Below, in pieces: positions 7,901 to 18,265 of a DNA stretch of 64,000 bases; within the stretch, counting starts at the first letter, position 1; every line of letters starts with the position of its first letter. The stretch comes from Babesia bigemina (Eukaryota). The notes under the pieces are model-generated. The model was not told the origin of the DNA, searched no databases, and was given only the letters and a program-made list of their open reading frames with translations. The position numbers were made by a program, and so were the translations under genes. The DNA is taken from contig NC_027217.1 in NCBI RefSeq assembly GCF_000981445.1, positions 1 through 64,000 of the forward strand. The letters run 5' to 3'.

Positions 7901-10890
7901 AAGGCCTTAATAAGATCCACACTGACCTGGGTGAACTTAGAAATCTCCTGTTGAGTGATCCGATCCAAAAGGTACAGCAATTCATAAAAAAAGAAGTCAC
8001 ATTAGTAAAAGCGCAAATCGTCACGGATCTTCATCGAAGCGTCAATAATGAAGTGCAATCGGCCATCGAAAAACTCACCACCGAGGCGCGGAAGCAGTAT
8101 GTGACGTCCGTCAAAGGCATGGTCACGGCTTTTGCAGAAAAGGTCCACACGGAACTCCATGAGTTGCCTGCTGCCATAGAAAGAGACAAACATATCGGAT
8201 TCAAAGGGTTCATGGGTAAGATGGAAAAAGGGTTAGTTAGCAAAGTTAAATATATTAAAGATATAAATTCGTCATCGTCTACTCTACCATCTCCAGTTAG
8301 CAAAGCGGCGCGTATAGTCCGTGATGGTGTACGGGACTTCGTCGAACTCTTTGAAAAGCAAGAGGACATTGAAATACATAAAGACACGTTTCAGCAAACT
8401 AAGAATGACTTTAATAATCTACTTCGACACGTTGAATATACTCATCATTTTGACCATATGTTCACCATCAATCTAGATGACTTTGAAGGGGTGCTGAGAG
8501 CATTCACTCCTGAAATCATGGATGACCCACAGAGACATTTGTTAACGCCGCTGAAGCGTGGTCTGCTGACATTCGTTGATGAACTCAGCAAGCGGTACGT
8601 GAACAAGTACTCGGGTAAGAAAATCCAGTGGACAGATACCACTAATCCGAAGAAAGGTGAGGAACCAACAGCCGACGCAACCAACTGCGCTAAGGCATTC
8701 CTCACAACTTTGGAGATCCTGAGTAACGATTTCCATACGATGTTAACAGAATCTGTGAAATCGTGGAAAGGGAAGAAAATTAATACGTATGCAGATAATG
8801 TGTTCGGTTTGTGGTTAGAGGATCGTGGCTATAAAGTAAATGCTGTGGAAGGCGAGCAGACCGGTGAACTGCAAGACAACCAAAAAATGAGCGTGACGAG
8901 AATATACGATCTTCTCAACTATCCCATTGGAAGCGTTGCCAATAAAGGAGCGCAGCCGCAATGGGTAAATGACATTGCCCAGCACAAAAAAACTACCATG
9001 GAGCATGCATATGTAATCAACGTCGTCGACGTGCTACACTACCTTTACGGACAAACAAAGACATACTACGAGGTCTGTCACTCCCGCCACATCGAGAGAC
9101 CTAAATCGCCATCATCCGTCTATCAAATGCTCGCGTGGTTGACTGGACTTCCGCACAATCGCGTGTTCCAAAAAGTATCGGTCGGAGACATTGGTGACCT
9201 GTTCGAGAAGCCTGATGAGGATAGCAAGGAAGCTGCTGACGGGCCTATCCCTGTTGTAGATGATGAAACATTAAAGGCACACCCAGATATCATCACAGCA
9301 TCGAATCTATCAACAAACCTTCGTGACGTCTGCGTCTATGCCGAAGACGTCTTGATCGGCATCCTCGGCCATGGCCACGCGGACGGCATTTATGCCGTTG
9401 ACTTCAACACTAACCCCGACGGTTTCTCCTATCCCACCGCCCCCGGTGCGTGCTTCGATATGCTGTGCGACGTGCTGAATCGGCTGTACCAACAACTCTT
9501 CTTCCTCTACGGCCAGTGCAGCAACGAGGAACCCTCCGTCAGTTGGCGTGACTGTTGGTACGGAAACCAAGTAGGCGGGTCAGCATGGAACTGCAACACC
9601 ATGCAATGTCCTAACCAAAAGGGCAACCAAATACACAAGCAAAAGTGTAACCAAAAGTGTGACCAAACAGCTCAGTGCGGCATAAAATCGCCACTTCAAT
9701 GCTTTTTAGAAGATGGTCTCCCCGGCTTTTTGCCACACTCCTTCAGCAAGCCGGGTTGTAAGCTGACATGTACGCTCTCCAACCATGGAGGTATCCCTTG
9801 CAGAACGCCAATGGGCTTCGCTGACATAAGTGTCACTGCCTCTCACAGGCAGACGGGAGAGTATCTCAAGAAAGTGCTTGAGGGCTTTTGCGGCAGTGAG
9901 TCCGCTCCACTAACCAAGCTGTGCGCTCAGCTGACGTGTCTCTTACAAAAGCCTCCGCAGACACTCGGAGACATCTTCGCGTTCTACTATGGCTATATCA
10001 CAGATTACACCGGCGGGTTTTATGGAGTAAAAGCATCGCAGACGCATACGCAACAAGCATTTAGAGAGGCTGTCAACGCAGCATATTTTGGAACGCAATA
10101 TGGAGGCCTTGATCCAAGTATATTGCTTGATAATCGTTCGCACCGTGACGCGCATTCCAAGGGCGATTTGATCAGCATAAGCAGCTGTACGTCTGCGTCA
10201 GTAGTACCTTGTGGTCTGTATGTTAAATCGCTGACGCAGGAAATCACTAGGTATTACTCCGCCGAACACAAGGCCAATCACCTGTCGTGGATAGTCTATA
10301 TCACGGAGACATTCTGCGATCTGCTTAAAAAATTATATGATGACTGTTGCAAGAAATGTGGACCAGCCGGAAGTAAGTGTCATGTGAAAAGCTGTGTCGA
10401 AAACTGCCGAGTCAAATACACTGATTCAACAGGGAAGCCTACGACTCTATCCCCTACCCACAACCATTCGGCAAAATGCAAATCAATCGTCACGTGCCGT
10501 GATACTCACCCTACCCTGTACAGATACGGTTTTACCTTCGGACATCCATGGGGACTTAATGGCTCTGGTAATAATGAAGGGGCTAAAAGGACTTGCAGAG
10601 ATTTTTGTGAAGCGTTGAAAAAGATGCTCGGTGAAAATTCGGTTCTTATTCAATTACGACATCAAATTGATAAGTTCCTCTGGGATATCAGAGAGAAATT
10701 CTCGATCACTGTATTAGCCCTCTGGCTCCTCTCTTTCCTGTACCTGCTCCACATCATGGTCATCCGCCTCGACCTGCTCCACATCAAATCTCACTTGCAC
10801 TCACCATCATCGCATCGTATAGCTGCTCAATCACTACTCGCCGCAGCACGTGTTAACAAGCTTAACAAAGTGTTTTACCTGCAACCATAA
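4963..10890 (+). CDS. ves/VESA-like variant surface antigen gene 1 (5' end disrupted by the retrotransposon)
   Basis: GIVYSDLDRLCD box, long helical region, Cys-rich C-terminal domain, TM followed by RLDLLHIKSHLHSPSSHRIAAQSLLAAARV tail; the ORF-track start at 4897 is a GTG inside the element. Confidence 0.85.
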   Translation, partial: LSCPFKYSDKETTCQFYQRLRDESKNKPEKSGELTEQEKKLYLNFSINNDSLEKCKEKHAKYPKSQALKSVEEKIVQLGELAGQLGRFVGESESVKKAVENAIKAVINSNEELKNEYSSLVTTLSESVNSAGKADDTGVIEKLSEAVKKEIVEISAEIQQLKQPKKLYNNPSTSPSASADSAKLQSKLDALEKVEKLCGFYENVSKSPNDPKNLLDNLCDGLEKFLGFNKDSKGYTGQGIVYSDLDRLCDAVMGFLSGFLSNIHKHLGQHKGEITEAIKSLEQNKHAGKNGFNAAIAEVVKGVRGYNKAVEQSNKKVSEPMTLILSQVDEEFKRSVADIFPEKTLSAAKNADVFNAVDQINEKLRHCHLSAEKFNGTFNFDKHNKTILNAVNDLNPNLVIRVKNSLSNVKHESERLKALSGKEKSDLRDILHHIRDILRECASCVNVKIKKDVEKLADYLKEKVEEILKSLERMRRKLTDHIMELGRWFETANSIIKVAENKIALLLQEAEGSNKNQIETAAVLIREEASELFKRFENLNAKYYGVFKLIKGENGKADTDGVLKKIKELPDQVKRGVWGYKWDDMKIDPVLQGAIDGLKNQIKLNIEAYVKGELPSELQLTLTKLTDKIAKRDDVRIKTLGHLDEVVKNLGTYAQDFPNTFKVKLTQMVRGIVDAEAVMYWLDAYVRGNTASGNRFTGSIGLSQNADIILPNVTKIVVDEVNAKLISVSGKEPTGTQKTVDGNLLEIHTFVGTYAGQVMNQLESTVSAIEGKLQENQDLRMNDPSSSTYQYYLKHAVTTILTAVRSAANGAKDDVEIFMSMSNIAEKLQKAIRDVKNLGSNMKDAVYQSSSGQLGTLGQSIKGDVGTAATNNEVEKQLETLLKTMGEKAVAKLQSELKAPVIDKLEGIRNDVDDLVNAANKSQSALFNKAQEVTSHVASLCHAIKQAAGDLDPDGLKNKLKDLTNLINTNTAEINGKTYKGLNKIHTDLGELRNLLLSDPIQKVQQFIKKEVTLVKAQIVTDLHRSVNNEVQSAIEKLTTEARKQYVTSVKGMVTAFAEKVHTELHELPAAIERDKHIGFKGFMGKMEKGLVSKVKYIKDINSSSSTLPSPVSKAARIVRDGVRDFVELFEKQEDIEIHKDTFQQTKNDFNNLLRHVEYTHHFDHMFTINLDDFEGVLRAFTPEIMDDPQRHLLTPLKRGLLTFVDELSKRYVNKYSGKKIQWTDTTNPKKGEEPTADATNCAKAFLTTLEILSNDFHTMLTESVKSWKGKKINTYADNVFGLWLEDRGYKVNAVEGEQTGELQDNQKMSVTRIYDLLNYPIGSVANKGAQPQWVNDIAQHKKTTMEHAYVINVVDVLHYLYGQTKTYYEVCHSRHIERPKSPSSVYQMLAWLTGLPHNRVFQKVSVGDIGDLFEKPDEDSKEAADGPIPVVDDETLKAHPDIITASNLSTNLRDVCVYAEDVLIGILGHGHADGIYAVDFNTNPDGFSYPTAPGACFDMLCDVLNRLYQQLFFLYGQCSNEEPSVSWRDCWYGNQVGGSAWNCNTMQCPNQKGNQIHKQKCNQKCDQTAQCGIKSPLQCFLEDGLPGFLPHSFSKPGCKLTCTLSNHGGIPCRTPMGFADISVTASHRQTGEYLKKVLEGFCGSESAPLTKLCAQLTCLLQKPPQTLGDIFAFYYGYITDYTGGFYGVKASQTHTQQAFREAVNAAYFGTQYGGLDPSILLDNRSHRDAHSKGDLISISSCTSASVVPCGLYVKSLTQEITRYYSAEHKANHLSWIVYITETFCDLLKKLYDDCCKKCGPAGSKCHVKSCVENCRVKYTDSTGKPTTLSPTHNHSAKCKSIVTCRDTHPTLYRYGFTFGHPWGLNGSGNNEGAKRTCRDFCEALKKMLGENSVLIQLRHQIDKFLWDIREKFSITVLALWLLSFLYLLHIMVIRLDLLHIKSHLHSPSSHRIAAQSLLAAARVNKLNKVFYLQP

Positions 10891-11014
10891 TCGTACTCAC
10901 GTGTTCACTATCTACACTCACCTAGCATATCACCTACTCACCTAACCTACGAATTGTCATCTAATGTTTTGAATCACTCATTAATCGTTGTATGTGACTG
11001 TGTAATAGTTAACT
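10891..11014 (+). other. Conserved 3' flank of ves-like genes (also after genes 2, 3 and 5)
   Basis: Near-identical TCGTACTCACGTG...CTCACCTA...TTAACTAAA block at 17341, 25562 and 42227. Confidence 0.85.
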
Positions 11015-11785
11015 AAAGTGGTGACCAATGTGCTGACCAACGTGGTGATCAAGGTGCTGACCAACGTGTTGACCAAAGTGTTGACCAAAGTGCTGACCAA
11101 GGTGCTGACCAAAGTGCTGAACAATGCCATGACCAAAGTGCTGACCAATGCCATGACCAATGTGCTGACCAAACAACTGACCAAAGTGCTGACCAATGCC
11201 ATGACCAGAGTGGTGACTAAAGTGTTGACCAAAGTGGTGACCAAGCACCTGACCTAAGTGCTGACCAATGCCATGACCAATGCCATGACCAAAGTGCTGA
11301 CCAATGTGCTGACCAATGCCATGACCAAGGCGCTGACCAAAGTGTTGACCAATGTGTTGACCAACGTGTTGACCAATGTGCTGACCAAGGTGCTGACCAA
11401 AGTGTTGACCTAAACGCTGACCAATGTGCTGACCAGAGTGCTGACCAATGCCATGACCAATGCCACGACTAACGTGGTGACCAACGTGCTGACCAATGCC
11501 ATGACCAATGCCACGACTAACGTGGTGACCAACGTGGTGACCAATGTGCTGACCAATGTGCTGACCAAAGTGTTGACCTAAGTGGTGACCAATGCCATGA
11601 CCAAAGTGGTGACCAATGCCATGACCAACGTGGTGACCAACGTGGTGACCAATGTGCTGACCAATGTGCTGACCAAAGTGCTGACCAACGTGCTGACCAA
11701 CGTGTTGACCGATGTGTTGACCAACGTGTTGACCAACGTGTCAACCAAGGTGCTGACCAACGTGGTGACCAACGTGGTGACCAAG
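11015..11785. repeat. 12-bp tandem array (AAAGTGCTGACC family)
   Basis: Visible tandem units with variants AATGCCATGACC and AACGTGGTGACC. Confidence 0.97.
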
Positions 11786-11789
11786 TTAG

Positions 11790-12054
11790 TGGTCACGGCA
11801 GCGATGACATGGTTACGGCAGCGATGACATGGTCACGGCAGCGATGACATGGTCACGGCAGCGATGACATGGTAACGGCAGCGATGACATGGTAACGGCA
11901 GCGATGACATGGTCACGGCAGCGATGACATGGTTACGGCAGCGGTGACATGGTCACGGCAGCGATGACATGGTCACGGCAGCGATGTCTTGGTCACGGCA
12001 GCGATGACAGTGGTTTCGGCAGCGATGTCTCGGTTACGGCAGCGATGACATGGT
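11790..12054. repeat. 20-bp tandem array (ATGGTCACGGCAGCGATGAC)
   Basis: Visible tandem units. Confidence 0.97.
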
Positions 12055-12085
12055 GACCAAGCATCTGACATAAGTAGTGATTATC

Positions 12086-12408
12086 ATCCACTCCACATCG
12101 CCCTTAACCCACTCTACATCGCCCTTAACCCACTCTACATCGCCCCTTTATCCACTCTACATCGCTGCCTAACCCACTCTACATCGCCCCTTTATCCACT
12201 CTGCATCGCCCCTTAACCCACTCTACATCGCCCCTTAACCCACTCTACATCGCCCCTTATCTACTCTACATCGCCCCTTTACCCACCCTTCATCGCCCCT
12301 TTACCCACTCCACATCGCTCCCTAACCCACTCTCCATCGCCCCTTTATCCACTCTACATCGCCCCTTTACCCACTCTACATCGCCCCTTAACCCACTCTA
12401 CATCGCTC
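12086..12408. repeat. 22-bp tandem array
   Basis: Visible tandem units. Confidence 0.97.
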
Positions 12409-12432
12409 GAATTACCTCGCCATAATACCGCT

Positions 12433-15400
12433 ATGACCTCCATTAACCATTATAATAACTTGTGCCTTGTCACCCTTCCCTTCCCTTCTTCCACCTCTTG
12501 CCACTGCCCTGACCATGTGCCGCCTAGGGAGCTTGACATGAAATTTGCAGAAATTGATAAGCTTTAAAATACCTTAAATAATAACCTTACTAACATCCAT
12601 ACTAACCTTTGTGACGGCCTCGAGACTTTCCTCGGCTTCAACTCTGAATCAAAAGGCTACGACGGCTCTGGCATTGTGTACTCTGACCTGGATAGGCTGT
12701 GTGACGGGGTGGTGGCGTTTTTGAGTGGTGTTCTCAGTAACATCAAAGAGCATTTAGGGCAGCATAAAGAGACAATTACCGATGCAATTAAGATACTTAA
12801 CGAGAAAAAACACGCCGGTAAAAAAGGTTTTAGTGTTGCGATTGCGGAGGTGGTCGAAGGGGTGGGGAGGTATAATAAGGCAGTGGAGCAGTCTAATAAA
12901 AAGGTGAGTGAAAAACTTAATAGCTTTACAGGTGAATTAACGCTTCTTAAAGAAGCTTCAGACAAGATCCTACGAGAGCATGATGATTCACGTCAGAAGA
13001 TAAATTACAAGGACCAGCAAGTTGAAGATGCCACGAAGCAAATTGACGCGAAGCTGAAAGAATTTCAGCAAAGAGCTGAACAGTTCACTAGTGACATAGA
13101 TACCACTGTAGCTGATAATGAACTCAAAAAATCAATTGTAGAGCTTAATGATAAGTTGCGTGATAAGCTTGACAATGTTCGTGCGACCGTTGCGTATGAG
13201 AGCGAGCGGCTGGAGACGGTGCGTGCCAAACAGCAGAGTGAGTTGGATACAACTAAACAGTACATTAGTCAAACACTCAGCAGTTTACAGGTGAATGTAG
13301 AGTGTAACATACAAGATCAGGTTAGAGCCTTGCTGGACTACCTGACTAAGGAAGTCCGACCGATATTGGCCAAACTGAAACAAATCAATAATTCACTTCA
13401 AATTTGCCTCAAGCATTTGGGGCAATGGATCGACAATGCGAAGGATGCCATCACGACAGCAGAGACGCAGGTGAATAAAATATTGGAGTGTATCGACGAA
13501 GGCTCTTTATATAAATATCCTAACCAAATCACGCAAGCGGCCCAGCAGATCGAAGCGTCGACAAGCATACTACACGGAAAATTTGAGGAGTTGAGAAACC
13601 AATATAATGCAGTAGTTACGAAGGTTAAGGGACCGGAGGGAGATGGGAAAGGAGAATGCGCGGTGAAGAAGCTAAAAGAGCTGGAGGAAAACATGATTGT
13701 GCCACATCAGTTTAGTGTGTTCAACCAAACAAGTGGTGAATGGGATGTGTCTACGGTGATTAAGCCACTTATTGAAAAAATTAAAAAAAACGTTGGGAAT
13801 TACCTGGAACATTTGAAGGAGGCGTTAGTGGCGGGTATGACAGCGCAGAATGGGCTTGTTGTGACATCAAAAAAAACACCTGGTTTGGATGCCATGATAA
13901 AAAAGCTTGGTGAGAACAATTTGAAAAATAAATTGGGAACGTTTGGAGTGTTGTTTACCACGGCACAAATAGCAAATGAAGCAGGCAACCTTGGATATTG
14001 TTTTGAGATTGTCTTAAACTATCTAAATTCAATAACGACAATGAGCAATTCAGGTTGGAATACATTTGCAGGCAGAGCCGGTACTACATTGAAATCATCG
14101 ATGCAAGAGAAGGCCGCGGGCATAGAACCAGATATCGGCACTCTTTGTAATGCTGCCGCAATTACCGGTGCAGCAAAACTGCAGAAGGAGGTTACTGTTA
14201 TCGTTGAGAAGTATCTTGACGTAATTAATAAATTGGACGGCACCCTGGAAGGCAACGCAGAGGTTGAGAAAGTCGCGCTGCAAACACATGCTCAAGATGT
14301 AATGAACAAGATAAAAAGTCTGTGCAAAGATATCAGGAACGTTACCAGTGAGGACCCCGATAGCGCGAAAGCAAAATTATTTGAACTGAAAACGAAGTAC
14401 TTTGCGGATTCCGAGCTTGCCACAAACAGCATCAATAAGATTCATAGCGAGCTGGGTCATTTGCGAAGTGATCTAGAGTCCGGCCCTATCAAAGCCGTTG
14501 AAAAATTCCTTAAAGATGCCGAAGTTACTGAAAAGCACTACGTTCAAGCTATGCAACGTTACCTCAAGACACAAGTGAACGTGGCCGAAACAGCCCTGAC
14601 AACCCACGCCCGCAGACGGTACGTTGACTCCATAAAATGGCTACTGGAGCAGTTTGTGGAGAAAGTAAAGCTGGAGTTGTCAGAATTACCAACGCAAATC
14701 GAACACGACCAGCACATCGGCCTGAAGGGGTTCATGGAGGCGTTCAACGGCAACGACTCCGGCGACAACGTGAACAGGCTTCTTAGTAACTCCGACATTC
14801 CAACTCTGTGCCGTAGCCTAGAGACATTCTTCGCACCAGTTAAATCGTACATCGACAGCGAGATCAACCGGCTTGACGAGGAGGAACATAAGAAGCATCC
14901 CTCACTCCCCAGGTCCCAGGATCCGTATACCTCTAAACTCACCAAACTCTATGCCGCCCTTAGCGGACTGATCAGCCATGTTTACACCTCCAACAAATAC
15001 GACCGCGATCTCCCTACCAAGCTCGACGATCTCACCGCCGCCGTTGCCGACTTGACAACGGACGGCTTCCCCAACCCGGTCACTGCCATGCTGCAAGGTG
15101 TCTCCGGTGGCTGCCGGGAGTTGGTCGGCGCGCTGGGCAAGGTGTATATCTCGAGGTATGATGGCGCAAATGTTAGGTGGGAGCACGATGAGAAGGCTGT
15201 AAACAATTGCGCAAAAGCGTTTTTGACCATCGGGCCGGCATACTTCCACGGTCTCCACCATCTGTTCTACAAGGGCGCTACGGAGTGGACGGATTACAAA
15301 GTTACCGGCAACGCAAAAAGTGCCCGAAAGGCGGATGAATTGAAAAAGTATTTGCAGGAGGAGGGGTATGACATCGATCAGCTGAAGGATCAAACCGGTA

Positions 15401-17340
15401 AGGAAGTCGCCCTCAGAATGAGCAGAGGATTCGCTCGTTACCAATCTTTCAACGAGAACCCAGAAAACTTGGGAACCTACAAAGAATACCTGGCGCATTA
15501 CAGAAAATACGAAGGTCTACTGTCGAGACTGTTCTATTACCTGGACGCCTACAATCACGTCGGTCACCTCGTTGTTCATCCTAGACCTCGGCATCCCTCT
15601 TCCGTGTTCGACATATTGCTTTGGCTCAACGGGCTTCCGTATAACCCGGTGTATCACGCATTATCCTACGACGGTTTCAGTGGCCTCTTCGAGAAGGAGG
15701 AAAAGATAGGCGACGCCACCGCCGACGATGACGGTCCGACTTTCGAAGGTGAGGAAGCAGACACCCTGCCAGCCTACCCGAAGGACATCACAGCCGCGTC
15801 GCTGGCCGACAAACTCACCGAAGTCACCACCTACGCAGAAGACGTTTTGCTATCCATCCTCGGCTACGGGCATAATGACGGTATTTACGCCTGCGATTTC
15901 TACACCAACGCGGGCAAGTTGGCATATCCGTCCAGCGCAGCTAAGTGTCTAGATGTATTGGTGGAACTGTTGTACAGACTGTTCCATCAGTTGCGCTTCC
16001 TGTACGAGCAGTGCAGTAATTCGACGCAATACAGCGGATGGGCGGAGTGTTGGTATGGGCAAGGTGTTGGCGGCTCAAGTTGGAAGTGCAATGAGAAGCA
16101 GTGTGCTGACCAAAACTGCAAGCAAATAGCTGACCAAACAGCTAACCAAACGTGCAAGCAACACCCTAAGTGCGGTGTTAAGTCACCGTTACAATTCTTT
16201 TTGGAGGATGGTCTTCCCGGTTTCCTTCCTCATCCGTATAACAAGGCTGACTGCAAGCTGTCATGTTCAGCACCAAACCATTTCGGCAAGCCTTGCAAAA
16301 CGCCAATGGGATTTGCCGACATCAGCATCACGGCGTCGCATACAAGCAAGGGTTCGAGACTGTACAAAGTACTGAAGGAGTTCTGTGGCACTCCGTCCTC
16401 ACCACTCACTGTACTCTGCTCCTCTCTAGTATGCGTACTAGGTAGACCGCCGCAGACTCTGGGTGACATGTTTGCGTTTTATCACCTGTTTATAACAACG
16501 TGGAATGACGGTGGTAAGAAGCACAAGAAAGAGGCTTTTGACGAAGCAGTGACCAAAGCCAATCTGCAACGCCCATATGACGAGTTGAATGTCGCTTCTG
16601 TATTTAACTCTAGTCACTCTGGGAAATCAAAGACGCATACATCAGGTGACCTTATCAGCCTCGTATGTAGCTCTAAAACAGCGGCCACGTGCGGTAAATA
16701 CTTGAGTCCCTTGAGTAATGATATCAGTGCCACATTCTCGTTTAAGCACGCTGATAAATACGTTTCGTGGATGGTGTATCTGACAGAGACTTTCTACATC
16801 TTGCTTCAAAAAATGTATGAGGAATGCAACTCTAAATGTGGCGGTGCCACGCCTAAATGCCGTGTCGCTAAATGTCCGAAGAAATGTAAGGCAAACGAGA
16901 AATCGCCAGGATCTACGCATCACTCGTTGTGTGATTCCATAATAAACTGCCCATCTACATCGTCGGTTTTGTGCACATACGGATTCACTTTAGTGGACCG
17001 CAAGAAGCTGAGTGGAACCGATGATGTGGACTACAAGAGGACGTGTAACGATTTGTGCAACGCATTAAAGAAAGTTCTCGACGGAGAATCCGTATTGATG
17101 CAACTGTTCCACTCTATTGACAAATTCATATACACAATCCGTTTCCCCTTCATGACACTAACCCTCGCACTCTGGCTCCTCTCCTTCCTCTACCTCCTCC
17201 ACATCATGGTCATCCGCCTCGACCTCCTCCACATCAAATCGCATCTACATAGTCCCTCGAGTCATAGGATAGCCGCTCAATCACTCCTCGCCGCCGCACG
17301 TGTCAACAAGCTTAACAGGGTGTTTTACCTGCAACCGTAA
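12433..17340 (+). CDS. ves-like gene 2; in-frame ATG at 12433 but premature TAA at 12565-12567, remainder open
   Basis: Manual translation MTSINHYNNL...EIDKL*NTLNNN...NLCDGLETFLGFN...GIVYSDLDRLCD; conserved TM and tail. Confidence 0.82.
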
Positions 17341-17462
17341 TCGTACTCACGTGTTTACTACCTACACTCACCTAGCATCACCTACTCACCTAACTTATGA
17401 TTTGTGCTTTAATCTGTTGCATCACTCATCAATCGTTGTGTGTGATTGTGTAGTAGTTAACT

Positions 17463-17813
17463 AAAGTGTTGACCAAAGTGGTGACCAAAGTGTTGACCAA
17501 CGTGCTGACCAAAGTGCTGACCAATGTCATAACCAATGCCATGACCAAGGTGGTGACCAAGCACCTGACCAAGGTGCTGACCAAAGTGGTGACCAAAGTG
17601 TTGACCAAAGTGGTGACCAAAGTGCTGACCAATGTGCTGACCAAAGTGATGAACAACGTGCTGACCAAAGTGCTGACCAACGTGCTGACCAACGTGGTGA
17701 CCAACGTGCTGACCAACGTGTTGACCAACGTGGTGACCAACGTGGTGACCAATGCCACGACCAACGTGTTGACCAAGGTGTTGACCAAAGTGCTGACCAA
17801 AGTGCTGACCAAG
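17463..17813. repeat. 12-bp tandem array
   Basis: Visible tandem units. Confidence 0.97.
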
Positions 17814-17817
17814 TTGA

Positions 17818-18246
17818 TGGTCACGACAGCGATGACATGGTCACGACAGCGATGACATGGTCACGACAGCGATGGCATGGTCACGGCAGCGATGACATGG
17901 TAACGGCAGCGATGACATGGTCACGGCAGCGATGAGATGGTTACGGCAGCGATGACATGGTTACGGCAGCGATGAGATGGACACGGCAGCGATGACATGG
18001 TTACGGCAGCGATGACATGGTCACGGCAGCGATGAGATGGACACGGCAGCGATGACATGGTTACGGCAGCGATGACATGGTTACGGCAGCGATTACATGT
18101 GACGGCAGCGATGACATGGTTATGGTCACAGCAGCGATGACATGGTTACCAAGCAGATGACATGGTAACGGCAGCGATGACATGGTTACGGCAGCGAGGA
18201 CATGGTCAAGGCAGCGGTGACATGGTTACGGCAGCGATGACATGGT
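17818..18246. repeat. 20-bp tandem array
   Basis: Visible tandem units. Confidence 0.97.
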
Positions 18247-18265
18247 GACAAAGTTAGTGATTATC

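Noticed and set aside
4963..10890. Bacterial Ebh or other coiled-coil adhesin identity for the large ORFs
   Set aside because: The helical low-complexity resemblance is non-specific; the conserved Cys-rich domain, TM and SHL..PSSHRI tail indicate ves-like antigens
11015..12408. CRISPR-like array
   Set aside because: Units are directly tandem with no unique spacers, there are no cas genes and the context is eukaryotic
12406..12462. 57-bp motif as an antisense GT-AG intron or splice donor
   Set aside because: The GAG-GTAATT donor is not conserved in the 27722, 36539 and 43138 copies, and GTTATT is a poor donor
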